From positions 2,912,001-2,976,000 of the forward strand of contig OY970223.1 in NCBI GenBank assembly GCA_963714015.1: a stretch of DNA of 64,000 bases. The letters are read 5' to 3'. The translations under genes were made by a program, and so were the position numbers. Shown here in pieces: positions 10,603 to 21,168 of this stretch. The notes under the pieces were generated by a model that was not told where the DNA came from, searched no databases, and worked only from the letters and a program-made list of their open reading frames with translations. Position 1 is the first letter of the stretch. Every line of letters begins with the position of its first letter. This DNA comes from Vulcanimicrobiota bacterium (lineage in GTDB: Bacteria; Vulcanimicrobiota; Vulcanimicrobiia; Vulcanimicrobiales; Vulcanimicrobiaceae).

Positions 10603-11819
10603 TCCGCAGTGAAGACGGCAGCGATGCCTTGTCCGCCGCCGATGCAGGCCGACGCGACGGCAAAGCCGCCGCCGTTCCTGCGCAGATCGTGAAGCGCAGT
10701 AAGTGCGAGCCTTGCGCCGGACGCGCCGAGCGGATGTCCGAGCGAGATTGCTCCGCCATGGGGATTGAGCCTAGCGGGGCCCGAGCTTGTCGAAGAGTTC
10801 GTGCCCATCTCCTTAAGGCATGCGAGCACTTGCGGCGCGAACGCTTCGTTGATCTCCATCACCGCAAGGTCTTTTTCGCCGATGCCGGCCGTGGCGAGCG
10901 CTTTCGGTATAGCGACGGCGGGACCGATGCCCATGATATCCGGATCGACGCCGACGACGCTGCCGCTTAGCAGCCGGCCCATCCACTCGATACCGTCGGC
11001 CCGCGCTTGTTTGACTGTGGTCAACACCACCGCGGCGGCGCCGTCCGTAATTCCGCTGGCGTTACCGGGCGTTACGACGCCGTCCTTACGAAAACGCGGC
11101 GGCAATTTGCCGAGCTTTTCAATAGAAAGCCCGGCGCGCGGGCCCTCGTCCTTGTCGATCGTGGTCACGTTACCTTTGCGATCGTGCATCTCCATCGCCG
11201 CGATCTCTTCGGCGAAGTAGCCGTCGGACTGCGAGGCGAGCGCGCGTTCTTGCGATGCCAGTGCGAATTCGTCGCAAGCTTCACGCGCGATGCCGTAGCG
11301 TTCCGCCAGATTCTCGGCGGTGATAGCCATCGGCATTCCGTTGTACGAATCGGTCAAGGCTTCCCAAAGCGTGTCTTCAAATTTCACCTGCGCGCCCAGC
11401 GGAAACCCGTTTCGCGCGCCGCGAACGACGTGCGGAGCTTGACTCATCGATTCGGTACCGCCGGCGAGCGCGTACGTCGTTTGCCCGAGCTTGAGCGAGT
11501 TGGCCGCGGTGAGTATGGCTTGCAGGCCGCTTCCGCAAAGACGGTTCAGCGTCAGCGCCGGTACGCCCAGCGGAATGCCGGCCCGCAAGCCGACGTGACG
11601 GGCGAGATAGATTGCGTCGGCACTCGTCTGCATGACGTTGCCGAACACGACGTCGTCGATCCGATCCTTGGGCACACCGCTCCGGCTTATTGCGGCCTCG
11701 GCCGCGTGCACCGCCAAGTCGGTTGCAGTAAAGCCGGAAAGCACGCCTCCAAAGTTGCCGAAGGGCGTGCGCGCGCCGGCCACCACCACGATGTCGTTGT
11801 CGGAAATGGGCATGTTCAT
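10599..11819 (-). CDS. Acetyl-CoA acyltransferase (thiolase)
   Basis: RTPFG, NRLCGSG, NEAFA, GHPLGASG, CIGGGQG. Confidence 0.95.
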   Translation of the reverse strand: MNMPISDNDIVVVAGARTPFGNFGGVLSGFTATDLAVHAAEAAISRSGVPKDRIDDVVFGNVMQTSADAIYLARHVGLRAGIPLGVPALTLNRLCGSGLQAILTAANSLKLGQTTYALAGGTESMSQAPHVVRGARNGFPLGAQVKFEDTLWEALTDSYNGMPMAITAENLAERYGIAREACDEFALASQERALASQSDGYFAEEIAAMEMHDRKGNVTTIDKDEGPRAGLSIEKLGKLPPRFRKDGVVTPGNASGITDGAAAVVLTTVKQARADGIEWMGRLLSGSVVGVDPDIMGIGPAVAIPKALATAGIGEKDLAVMEINEAFAPQVLACLKEMGTNSSTSSGPARLNPHGGAISLGHPLGASGARLALTALHDLRRNGGGFAVASACIGGGQGIAAVFTAE

Positions 11820-11882
11820 AGGGCTACAGACTCTCTATGCCCGAGGCGGGGTTTCCCGCCGCCGCGCGGAACCCAGGTGCCC

Positions 11883-12830
11883 ATGCCGATGACCCGTCCT
11901 GCGGCCGTCACGCTTGACGCCCGCTCGCTTTCGCCTGCAAACAAAACCGAGCAGATCGTGGAAGCGTTCGACAAGCTTTCTATGGGAGGCATCCTCGAGA
12001 TTCACGAGGAGTCCGATCCGCGCGCGCTTCGCAACGAGCTCACTCAGCTGCGTCCCGGAAAATTCTCCTGGGATGCGCGCAATCTGGGTTCCAACCGCTG
12101 GACCGTCCGTCTGGAGCGAATCGACGAAAACGCCGAAGGAGAAGCCTTCCTTCAACACGTCGCGCCCTTTGCTGCGGCAAGATCCGGCACCGTGCGCGAG
12201 TTGTCCGGCCAAATGAGTGAGCGGCAGTTCAAAGCGGGCGAGACGATCTTCGACGAGGGCGAGATGTGGCCGTACCTCGGTATCGTCAAGCACGGCAAGG
12301 TCATCCTTACGCTGCTCTCACCGGACGGCAAAACGCACACGCTCGGCGAGCGTCTGACGCACGACACGCTGAACGACTCCGGAACGTTCGATCAGGGCGG
12401 CGCCACGACACGTGCCGAGGCATTGACCGACGCCGTGGTCGTCACGCTTCCGAGCGACGCGGTCATGCACGCGTGCCGCAACGATGCCGAACTCGCGCTC
12501 GGATTCTTAGCATCCGCATCGCAAGGCCGGCGCCGTTCGATCGACACGATCGCCGACCTCGCATTTGCGCACGTGCTTCAGCGCGTCGCAAAGTTCTTGC
12601 TTGGATATGCGCGCGCTTCCGTCGGCATGACGCGCGGACTACCCGGCGTCGAAAACCTGTCTCAAGCGCAGATCGCAGCAGCCGCGGGCACCGTTCGCGA
12701 CATGGCCGCGCGCGCGCTGCTGCGCTTGAAAAATGCCGGCGCGGTCGAGCTCGATCGCGGCCGCGTCAAAGCCATCGATCGCGCGAAGCTCGATGCCTTC
12801 GCCCAAAACGTCCAAGCCCCGCCGGTTTAA
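11883..12830 (+). CDS. Crp/Fnr-family regulator with N-terminal DUF2249-like domain
   Basis: N-terminus LDARSL...AFDKL...DPRAL...FSW...WTVRL, then cNMP-binding barrel and Crp HTH (LSQAQIAAAAGTVRD). Confidence 0.8.
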   Translation: MPMTRPAAVTLDARSLSPANKTEQIVEAFDKLSMGGILEIHEESDPRALRNELTQLRPGKFSWDARNLGSNRWTVRLERIDENAEGEAFLQHVAPFAAARSGTVRELSGQMSERQFKAGETIFDEGEMWPYLGIVKHGKVILTLLSPDGKTHTLGERLTHDTLNDSGTFDQGGATTRAEALTDAVVVTLPSDAVMHACRNDAELALGFLASASQGRRRSIDTIADLAFAHVLQRVAKFLLGYARASVGMTRGLPGVENLSQAQIAAAAGTVRDMAARALLRLKNAGAVELDRGRVKAIDRAKLDAFAQNVQAPPV

Positions 12831-12887
12831 TCGCCGGACCGCCGCGGCGCGGCGTTATAAATTTGCGGCTTCGAATTGACGCAAGTT

Positions 12888-13072
12888 ATCTTGGGCGCTG
12901 CGGCCCGCGGGTCTCGTGCCTCCGGCGCGCTCCGACTTTTTCGGCCCAGCCAGGATGGCTGCTTCAACGCTTGCGTTGCCGAAAAAGCGGCGCGAACCAG
13001 AAAATTTTCATGGATGGAAATTTTCTAGCGGCGCCAGGAGGCTCGAGACCCGCGGGTCGCAGCGCCAAAGAT
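12888..13072 (+). repeat. About 41-bp inverted repeat enclosing a multi-hairpin core (candidate structured ncRNA or MITE)
   Basis: 12888-12928 pairs with 13031-13072 (2 mismatches, 1 G-U, 1 bulge); inner stems 12936-12945/12978-12987, 12947-12961, 12966-12977, 12999-13026. Confidence 0.75.
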
Positions 13073-14043
13073 TAAATTGCGGAAAGCGCTTGCGAGAAGT
13101 TTGAAACTGGGATAACGCGGATGCCGCGAGTGTTGCGGATTTCGGCATAGTTTTCGCGCGGAACGAGGAAGATCGATGCGCCTGCTTCCCGCGCAGCGAC
13201 CACTTTTTGACGCGCGCCTTCGATCGGCCCGACGGAGCCGTCGTAAGCGATCGTACCGGTTCCGGCGACGCGTGCATAGTGCCGGCTGCGCGACGGGTGC
13301 AGCGAGCGGTAAATGTCCAACGCGAACATCAACCCCGCCGAACTGCCGGCGACGCCCGGCAAGTGGAATTGGACGGCGACCGGAATTTCCGGGCGTTGAT
13401 AGATCGTGGTGAGATACGCGCCGAGCGCGGTTCGCGTCCCGTAACGCATCGTCGGCACTTGCAGCCGGAATTCGCGGCCGCGCCGGTAGACGGCCATGAT
13501 TACCGCAGTTCCTGGCCGTACGCCCTGAAGGGCGTGCCGCACATCGACGTTCGACGCGATGGGATGCCCGTTCAACGAAACCAGGACGTCCATGGCGCGC
13601 AGAACGTGCTTGGCCGGCGCGAAGGGCGCAAAGTAGACGGCGAGCACGCGCGTGCGCGGCACCGGTACGCGTAAACCGGCCTGGCGCTCGGCTACGAACG
13701 CCGCAATCGATTGACTCTCGCTCATTGCCTCGCGTTCGAGTCCGTCGTACTCTTCCGCCGTCACGCCTTGCATCAGTATGCCGTCGGTGCGAACGACTTC
13801 GGCTCCGGGGATGAGCGCGCTGAGCAGCTGTAGAGGGGTAACGCGCGCAGCGAAGCGCACGTCGGTAAGGTAGAAATCCGTCGTGGGCTGACGGTGATTG
13901 GCGACTGTCACGACGTCGCGCAGGCGGATGGCATCGCCCGGCAGCATGAGCGAAAACGGCGTATGGGCGTATGAGGCGACGGCCGCCAGTACGGCAGCCG
14001 CCACGTAAACCGCTAACTTAGTACCGGCAAGCCGCAGGCGCAT
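13072..14043 (-). CDS. PDZ-domain Lon/S16 family protease (YlbL-like)
   Basis: MSESQ, PDZ segment, GSSAGLMFAL (Ser), VAGTGTI, GARQKV (Lys). Confidence 0.85.
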   Translation of the reverse strand: MRLRLAGTKLAVYVAAAVLAAVASYAHTPFSLMLPGDAIRLRDVVTVANHRQPTTDFYLTDVRFAARVTPLQLLSALIPGAEVVRTDGILMQGVTAEEYDGLEREAMSESQSIAAFVAERQAGLRVPVPRTRVLAVYFAPFAPAKHVLRAMDVLVSLNGHPIASNVDVRHALQGVRPGTAVIMAVYRRGREFRLQVPTMRYGTRTALGAYLTTIYQRPEIPVAVQFHLPGVAGSSAGLMFALDIYRSLHPSRSRHYARVAGTGTIAYDGSVGPIEGARQKVVAAREAGASIFLVPRENYAEIRNTRGIRVIPVSNFSQALSAI

Positions 14044-14050
14044 CGCATTT

Positions 14051-14611
14051 CTATTGTACCAATTCCACCGGCCGGATAGCGGCAGTTTCCTCTGCAGCCT
14101 GGGCATCAAATGCCGCCCGTTTGCTCTTTGCGGCAGCGTCGGCAAGGGGTTGCGGCTGCTGCGCCGTTTGGGCCCGGGGCGTCAGAGCCTCGCGTCCTTT
14201 ACGCACGGAACCCAGCGCGCCCGAGAGCCGGCCCTCGAGTTCTCCGAGCAGCTGCGCAGCGTATTGATCGGCGCCGTCGCGGACTTTGCGGGCTCGTTCT
14301 TCCGCGTCGTGAAGAAGCACGTCGGCAGTCTTGCGCGCACGCTGCACGATCTCGTGATCGTCGAGCAGCTCTTCGTGCTTGCTCGTCGCCTCGGTGACGA
14401 TAGCCTGGGCCTTCTCCTGTGCGACGCGGATCATGCGCTCTTGATCCTTAGCGATCATTTTTGCGCGGCCGACCTCTTCGGGGAGCGAGGATCGTATCTT
14501 TTCAATGAACTCGATCAGCCGCTCCTCGCTCAGCACGCGGTATCCGGCGGGCAACCACGTACCTTCGTGAACGTACGTTTCGAGCTTTTCAAGAACGCGA
14601 TAAACGGACAC
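14051..14611 (-). CDS. Conserved coiled-coil protein typically downstream of coaD
   Basis: IRSSLPEEV, GADQYA; synteny. Confidence 0.75.
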   Translation of the reverse strand: MSVYRVLEKLETYVHEGTWLPAGYRVLSEERLIEFIEKIRSSLPEEVGRAKMIAKDQERMIRVAQEKAQAIVTEATSKHEELLDDHEIVQRARKTADVLLHDAEERARKVRDGADQYAAQLLGELEGRLSGALGSVRKGREALTPRAQTAQQPQPLADAAAKSKRAAFDAQAAEETAAIRPVELVQ

Positions 14612-14622
14612 TGACAGCCTCC

Positions 14623-15144
14623 CTAGTTACTACTGCGAAGCGTAGCCCGCTTCGTGGCCATGACACGCATCACCGGATCCGGCACCAGCGCGGCGACGTC
14701 TCCGCCCAAGAAGAACACTTCTTTGACGATGCTGGAACTAACGAACGAGTACCGCTGATCGGACATGAGGAACATCGTGTCGACGTCCGAGAGCGCCCGG
14801 TTCATGAGCGCCGTCGACATTTCGTTTTCGAAGTCCGACACGACTCGCAGCCCTTTGACGATGACGTCGGCTTCCCGCGCCTTCACGTAATCCGCGAGCA
14901 GTCCCCGAAAGTGCTCGACGCGAACGTTCGGCAGATTTGAAACGCACTCGCGAATCATCTCCTCGCGGTCTTGCAGCGTGAACATCGGTTCGCGCTTTTG
15001 CGGATTGACGACGACGGCGACGATCAACTCGCTGAAGTACTTCGCAGCGCGCTGAATGACGTCCAGGTGACCGTTCGTGGGAGGATCGAACGATCCGGGG
15101 TAGATGGCCCGCGCGGCGCGGAGCGGGCGGCCGTTAGAATTCAC
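14623..15144 (-). CDS. coaD: Phosphopantetheine adenylyltransferase
   Basis: IYPGSFDPPTNGHLD, KGLRVVSDFE, SSSIVKE. Confidence 0.96.
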   Translation of the reverse strand: MNSNGRPLRAARAIYPGSFDPPTNGHLDVIQRAAKYFSELIVAVVVNPQKREPMFTLQDREEMIRECVSNLPNVRVEHFRGLLADYVKAREADVIVKGLRVVSDFENEMSTALMNRALSDVDTMFLMSDQRYSFVSSSIVKEVFFLGGDVAALVPDPVMRVMATKRATLRSSN

Positions 15145-15707
15145 GGACGCTGCTCTGTGCCGGTACCGCTCGGCGTGAAAAAGGCCAGCGCGACATCGCC
15201 GTACACTTCTTCGCGCACACCGCGGTACCCCGGTATCTCGGGCAGAATCGTGCGCGCGCTGTGTTCGAACACGACCAGGGCGTCGGCCGCCAGTAAATTG
15301 CGTTCCAGCAGCAGGCGGAACATCTGCACCGGCAGTTCCTCGGCATACGGCGGGTCGGCATAGACGATGTCGAAATGTCCTTCCAATCGATAGAGCGCGC
15401 GATCGACCGGAGCGGCGACGACCGTCACGTGTTTTGCAACGCCGAACGTCTGGGCCGCTTCACGAATGGCCTCGGCAGTCTCGCGGTGTCCTTCGACTGA
15501 AACGACTTCGGCTGCGCCGCGTGAGGCCGCCTCGAAACCGATCGCGCCGGTACCGGCAAAGAGATCGAGAAAGCGCGCGCCCTCGATGCGCGGCGCGATA
15601 ATCGAAAACAGCGACTCTTTGACGCGGCCCGGTGTTGGACGCACGGTCATGCCTTTGGGCGATTTCAACTTGCGGCTGCCCAAACTTCCGCCGGTGATCT
15701 TCGGCAC
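15141..15707 (-). CDS. rsmD: 16S rRNA m2G966 methyltransferase
   Basis: RPTPGRVKESLF, LDLFAGTG, DPPY; GTG start at 15707; upstream of coaD. Confidence 0.92.
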   Translation of the reverse strand: MPKITGGSLGSRKLKSPKGMTVRPTPGRVKESLFSIIAPRIEGARFLDLFAGTGAIGFEAASRGAAEVVSVEGHRETAEAIREAAQTFGVAKHVTVVAAPVDRALYRLEGHFDIVYADPPYAEELPVQMFRLLLERNLLAADALVVFEHSARTILPEIPGYRGVREEVYGDVALAFFTPSGTGTEQRP

Positions 15708-15718
15708 AGCCGTCAGTT

Positions 15719-16396
15719 CTACACCAGCGTCGAGAGTTCCGTGAGGCTGTGGATAACGGCGCTCGGCGCAGGAAGCTCCTTCGGATACGCGGCGTCTTCG
15801 CTGTCGAACCATATTCCTTGCATGCCGGCGTTGAGCGAACCCGCAACGTCACTTTCGGGCGTATCCCCGACGAATGCGATCTCCGGCGCTCTTGCGCCCA
15901 GAGCTCGCGTCAATGCATCGAACGCTGCGGCCTGCGGCTTCTGTACGCCGATGTCGGCGCTGACGATTACCGGACCGTCGAACCCAACCTGTTCCGCCTT
16001 ACGCTGCTGAAGCGGGGACCATCCGTTGGTCAAAATGGCGTATGGAATGCGGCGCCCGCGCAGTACCCCTAGCATCTCTGCAATTCCCGGCTCCGGAACG
16101 ACGAAGAATTCGACCATTTCCAACGTCATGCGCTTGTAGCGTTCCGGAAAGCTTGCCGGCTCCGGCGCTCCGCGATCGCGCATGAACGTTTCCACGGCTT
16201 CCTCAATCGTGAAAGCTCCGGATCGCTGCCTGGCAAGCAACGTGTCGATACTCTGGATTTCTTCCGCGAGCGAGCCCAAACAGCGGCCGCCGTTCGCGCA
16301 CGCCAGAGTCAGCAGACGCAGGAACGCGACGCGTTCGAGCTTGTTGTCTATTCCCAGCGTATGATCGAAGTCGAAACCGACGGCGGCGATCGCTAT
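15719..16396 (-). CDS. HAD-family hydrolase (start uncertain)
   Basis: FDFDHTL, LTNG, KP, VGDTPESDV. Confidence 0.8.
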   Translation of the reverse strand: MAIAAVGFDFDHTLGIDNKLERVAFLRLLTLACANGGRCLGSLAEEIQSIDTLLARQRSGAFTIEEAVETFMRDRGAPEPASFPERYKRMTLEMVEFFVVPEPGIAEMLGVLRGRRIPYAILTNGWSPLQQRKAEQVGFDGPVIVSADIGVQKPQAAAFDALTRALGARAPEIAFVGDTPESDVAGSLNAGMQGIWFDSEDAAYPKELPAPSAVIHSLTELSTLV

Positions 16397-19066
16397 GTCG
16401 GGCCTGGGCCTTGCACGACGCGCACGAACGCCGCCGGATCGATCCATTTTTGGAGGGCCGCCTCCATCGTCTGCGGCGTAGCCTGCAACTCGCGCTGCGC
16501 GTCGATCGTCGCTTGATCCAAAGGCAAGTCCAACGACGAGAAAAGCAGCAGCTGGCGCGCGACTCCGCCGAAACTCTGATCGCGGAGCGGCACGTCGCTC
16601 ATAAGCATCGACTTTGCGCGCTGCAGGCGGTTAGCCGAAACGTTCCCGCGCTCGAGCGAGCGCAGATCGGTGATTGCCAGGCGCTGCGCGGGCACGATCT
16701 TGCCGGGATCGCACGCGTAAGAGATCGTAAAAGTCGAACGGTTTTTTCCCGACGACAGTGCTGAGGACGCGCCATAGACGTATCCGTGGGCGACTCGCAA
16801 ATCGTCCATCAACAGCGATCCGAATCCGCCGCCGCCCAGAATGTTGTTCGCAACGGTGAGCTGCGCCCAATCAGCATCCCCTCGCTTCAGCGCCAGAACC
16901 TGCGCCAGTTGAACTTCGGATTGAACGCGCCCAACGTCCGGAACGTCCGTCGCAGCGGTACCGTTTTTGGGAACCGGCGGCAAGTCGACGTCGGGCTTGG
17001 GCCCTTGCGCCTTCCACGATCCGAAATACTCTTCGAATACCGCCCGAGCTCGATCGGGCGTAACGTCTCCGATGACGACGATCGACGTCATGTCGGGCCG
17101 GTAGGCGGCGGAATAATACGCCTTTACGTCCTCGAGCGTGACGGTTGAAGCAGTCTGCGGCGTCGCAAATTTTTGCACCGGATCGCCGGCCGGGAAAAGC
17201 GCGTTATTCAACGCAACCTCCGCCAGATGATCGGGAGCGTTCATTTCGCCGGTCAGTGAACCGACCTCCTGAGCTTTGACGATGGGGAAAGCCTGCTCCG
17301 GAAAAGCCGGATGGAGCTCTTCATCGGCGAGCAGCTGCACGCCGCGATCGAAATTGGCGGAAAGAACCTGCAGCGAGAAATCCGTGCCTGCTTCAGCGTC
17401 CGCCGCAATCTTGTCGAGCTCTTGGCGCAGTTGGATGCGGTTATATTGATCGGTGCCGAAAGGGAAAAGCCCGGAGGTAATATCCGCGACGCCAAGTTTC
17501 CCCACGGGCGCTTCTACCGCTTCACTGCTGCGAACGCTGCCTTGCACGACGACGGTGTGACTGACGTGCTCCGGCTGCACGATCAACCTGATGCCGTTCG
17601 AGAGCGTCATACTGACGGGATTGAGTGTTTGGGACGGAACGCTCGGGGCGGCAAACGCGGAGACGGCCCAGGCTGGGAAGCGGCTGCGCTTTCGAGGGCG
17701 TCAGCACGTTGTTCTCCTGAGCGGGCGACGATGCGCCGGCATTGACTTTTCCGGCGTTCTTGGGAACCGCGTACGCGACGATCGATTTTGCCGGATCGAC
17801 GTATTCGCGGAAAACACGGTTGACGTCAGCGTCGGTCACACTCTTAATGGCTGCAATCTCGTCGTCGGGGTTCTCACCCGCCTGCGCTAGGTCTTGACTC
17901 CACTCGAGCGCGAGATCCGTGATCGAGTTTCCGCGGTATTCGGCCTGCGCGATCGCGCGCTGCTTCTCGGTCGCGATGAGATCCGAAGGCAAACCGGTTT
18001 TGCGGTAGGTTTCGAGCACGCCGCGCAAGTCCGCCGCGGCATCATCTGCTTTCGTCGTAACCGGTACCACGGACAAGGCGGCCGTCGCGGTCGCGTACGG
18101 GTGCGACTCGATGTCCTGAACGCCGGCAAAGAGCGCCTTGCCCGCAGCCACTAATCCATAGACGTCGCTGCGCTGGTTGTTAAGTACCGCTTCGGCAATT
18201 TGGCCGGCGGCGTAGTCCTTGTCTTTGAGTCCGGGAAACCGGAAAGCCAGCGCGACGATCGAATACGGTTGGTCGCTGTCGACGTGGTACGTCGCCGGTT
18301 TGACCGGCGCGAGTACGACCTTAGGCTGTGCGGGAACGTTCTTCGCCGGAATCGCCCCGAAATACCGGCGCACCTTGGCAATGGTCGCTGGGCCGTCGAC
18401 GTCGCCCGCGATCACGTACACGGCGTTATTCGGATGATACCACGTGCTGTAGAATCTGCGCAGAACCGGCACCGTGATGAGATGATTGAAACCGTAGAGC
18501 GTACCCAGCGTATCGTGCGCGTACGGCGTGCCTTTGAAGATTGCCGGCAGAATCGTGCGCTGAATCAGTTTTTGAATGGCGATGCTGTCGTCTTGGGTTA
18601 CTTCCTGCTTGATTGCGCCGCTCTCGGCCTTCCATCCCGAAGGCGCCAGATCCAGATGCTGCGCGCGATCGGCTTCGATCCGCAGTGCGGCATCGAGATA
18701 CTGGGCCGGTACCGAAAAATAATACTGCGTGAGCTCGGCTTGCGTGTCGGCGTCGTAATCGGCGCCCATCAGCTGTCCGATCTCGAAGAGTTGCGTCTGG
18801 GATATCGTCGGAGTGCCGCGAAACATCATGTGTTCGAGGGCATGCGCCTCGCCCGGATATTGCTGAACGTCCGAACCGGCTTTGTAATTCAGCACGGCAG
18901 TTACGACCGGCGCCAACGGATCGTGTACCACGACGACCTGCAATCCGTTGCTTAGCGTCGCGCGCGTGACTTGCAAACCCTGTGCAGCTGCGGGCATCGA
19001 ACCGCCTAGCGCTAGCCCGATAATGCAGATCGCCCCCGCAATACCCTGTTTCATCGCCTGTTTCAT
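16393..19066 (-). CDS. Secreted M16 zinc peptidase (PqqL/pitrilysin-like); +1 frameshift near 17671
   Basis: Signal peptide, TLSNGL, HALEH (HxxEH), WYHPNNA; second half in ORF 16393..17610. Confidence 0.88.
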
Positions 19067-19110
19067 CGAACCGGTGTTGCGCCTCGGCACCGGTACGCCC
19101 CTCTGCCGCC

Positions 19111-21168
19111 TTACGAAGAGAGCAGCATCGCGCGGGCGCTGGGCTCGCCCTCGATCAACCGGCGCAAGCCGGCGTTGGACGGCTGGGATAATCCCGGATC
19201 TTCGGAGAGCAGCGTTTCGGCAGTGCGCTTTGCCTCGCGGTAAACGGCGATGTCGCGCACCAAATCGGCTACTCGAAACTCCGCGAGGCCGGATTGAGCC
19301 GTTCCTGCGATCTCTCCGGGTCCGCGCAGGCGCAAGTCCTCCTCGGCGATGACGAACCCGTCCGTCGAATTGGTCAGGATGTCGAGCCGTTCGATCTCTT
19401 CCGCTTCGTCCGGTGCGACGAGGAGGCAATAGGATTCCGCCGCGCCGCGTCCTACTCGACCGCGCAGCTGATGCAGCTGGGCCAAACCATACCGCTGCGC
19501 GTCGAGAATAACCATGACGGTCGCATTCGAAACGTCGACGCCGACCTCGACGACGGTCGTGGCGATCAGGACCTGCACTTCGTTGCGGACGAACCGCTGC
19601 ATTACATCGTCCTTGTCCCGCGCGGACATGCGGCCGTGCAGCAGGCCGAGCTTCAGATCCGGAAACACGTCGTTCTGCAGCCGTTCCGCCTCGGCGACGA
19701 CGCTCGTGAGATCGCTCTCCGACTCGTCGATTGCGGGAGCGACGATGTACGCTTGCCCTCCGCGCGCGATGTTCTTGCGCACGAAGTCGTAGGCTAACGG
19801 CAGCCGGGCACGCCGCAGCACGAACGTCGCAATCGGCGTACGCCCGGGCGGAAGTTCGTCGATCACCGACGCATCCAAATCGGCATAGACCGATTGCGCG
19901 AGCGTGCGCGGAATCGGCGTCGCCGTCATGTGCAGCGTGTGCGGCGCGACCCCTTTCGCCCGAAGCCGAGCCCGCTGCTGTACGCCGAAGCGATGCTGCT
20001 CGTCGATGACCGCCAAACCGAGCCGCGCGAACTCGACGCTTTCGGTGATCAGGGCGTGCGTGCCCACGGCGACGCCCGCTTCGCCGCTCGCGAGTTTCGC
20101 GACCGCGTTAGCTCGCGACTTGCCCGTTTGACTGCCGAAGACTGCCTCCAGCGTGATGCCGAACGGCACAAGCAACGGCGCGAGCTTTGCGGCATGCTGC
20201 GCCGCAAGAAGCTCGGTCGGCGCCATGAGCGCGGATTGCATGCCGTTTCGGGCTGCGAGCACGATTGCGGCGGCGGCGACGAGGGTCTTCCCGCTGCCGA
20301 CGTCGCCCTGCAGCAGCCGGTTCATCGGGGAAACGCGCGCCATGTCGCCCCAGATCTCGCTGATGCAGCGTCGCTGCGCGCCCGTGAGTGGAAAAGGCAG
20401 CTCGCGCTCAAAGTCCGCGAGCAACGAGGGCGCAACGTCGAGCGCTTGCGCGCTCGAGTCCGCCAGCCGAGCGCGCCGCTTCATCTCCGCAGCAATGGCG
20501 AGCGCAAGGAACTCCGTGAAAACGAACCGCGTGCGCGCGCCCTCCGCTTCTTCGGGCGACCGCGGCGCGTGCAGGGCGCGATAGGAATCGCGCAGCGGCG
20601 GAAATTTTTTTTCCTGCAGCAAGCCGGGCGGAAGCGGATCGTCGCCTGCCAGCAAAAGCAAACGCGAAAGATTGCGCTGAACGACCTGGTGAATTTTTCG
20701 GGAAGTGAGCGTTTTGCCGGCGGGGTAGATCGGCACCAATTCGCCCTGGTACGATTCCTCCTCAGCCAGGACTTTGTGCGTGGAAACGTTGAGGCTCGGC
20801 GTCAAACCGCGCACCGGCCGGCCGCGAACGAATACGCGCATCCCCTCTTTGAGCGTGCCCATCAGATAGCGGCGGCCGAACCATTTTGCGAGGAACGATC
20901 CGGTCTCGTCATGCACGTCGGCTTCGACGATCGCGAGGTTACGCGCCCGCCGCTCCCGTACGCGGCCAATCGTGCCGATTGCGTTGATCTCGGACAGATC
21001 GCCGTTTGCCGCGCGCATCGCGATCTCGCGCGCGGGCGTCGGGAATCGCAGATCGTCGTACCGGAACGGAAAGTCGTTCAGCAGATCCTCTTGCGTACGT
21101 ATGCCGAGCTCGGCGAAACGCTCGGCCGTCTCTTTGCCGACGCCGGCGAGGTCGGCGATGCGGCTCAC
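19111..21168 (-). CDS. recG: ATP-dependent DNA helicase RecG
   Basis: MNRLLQGDVGSGKT, DEQHRFG, MTATPIPRTL, QLRGRVGRG, DLRLRGPG. Confidence 0.97.
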   Translation of the reverse strand: MSRIADLAGVGKETAERFAELGIRTQEDLLNDFPFRYDDLRFPTPAREIAMRAANGDLSEINAIGTIGRVRERRARNLAIVEADVHDETGSFLAKWFGRRYLMGTLKEGMRVFVRGRPVRGLTPSLNVSTHKVLAEEESYQGELVPIYPAGKTLTSRKIHQVVQRNLSRLLLLAGDDPLPPGLLQEKKFPPLRDSYRALHAPRSPEEAEGARTRFVFTEFLALAIAAEMKRRARLADSSAQALDVAPSLLADFERELPFPLTGAQRRCISEIWGDMARVSPMNRLLQGDVGSGKTLVAAAAIVLAARNGMQSALMAPTELLAAQHAAKLAPLLVPFGITLEAVFGSQTGKSRANAVAKLASGEAGVAVGTHALITESVEFARLGLAVIDEQHRFGVQQRARLRAKGVAPHTLHMTATPIPRTLAQSVYADLDASVIDELPPGRTPIATFVLRRARLPLAYDFVRKNIARGGQAYIVAPAIDESESDLTSVVAEAERLQNDVFPDLKLGLLHGRMSARDKDDVMQRFVRNEVQVLIATTVVEVGVDVSNATVMVILDAQRYGLAQLHQLRGRVGRGAAESYCLLVAPDEAEEIERLDILTNSTDGFVIAEEDLRLRGPGEIAGTAQSGLAEFRVADLVRDIAVYREAKRTAETLLSEDPGLSQPSNAGLRRLIEGEPSARAMLLSS

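Noticed and set aside
11007..11882. Long N-terminal extension of the Crp ORF
   Set aside because: Antisense shadow of the thiolase gene
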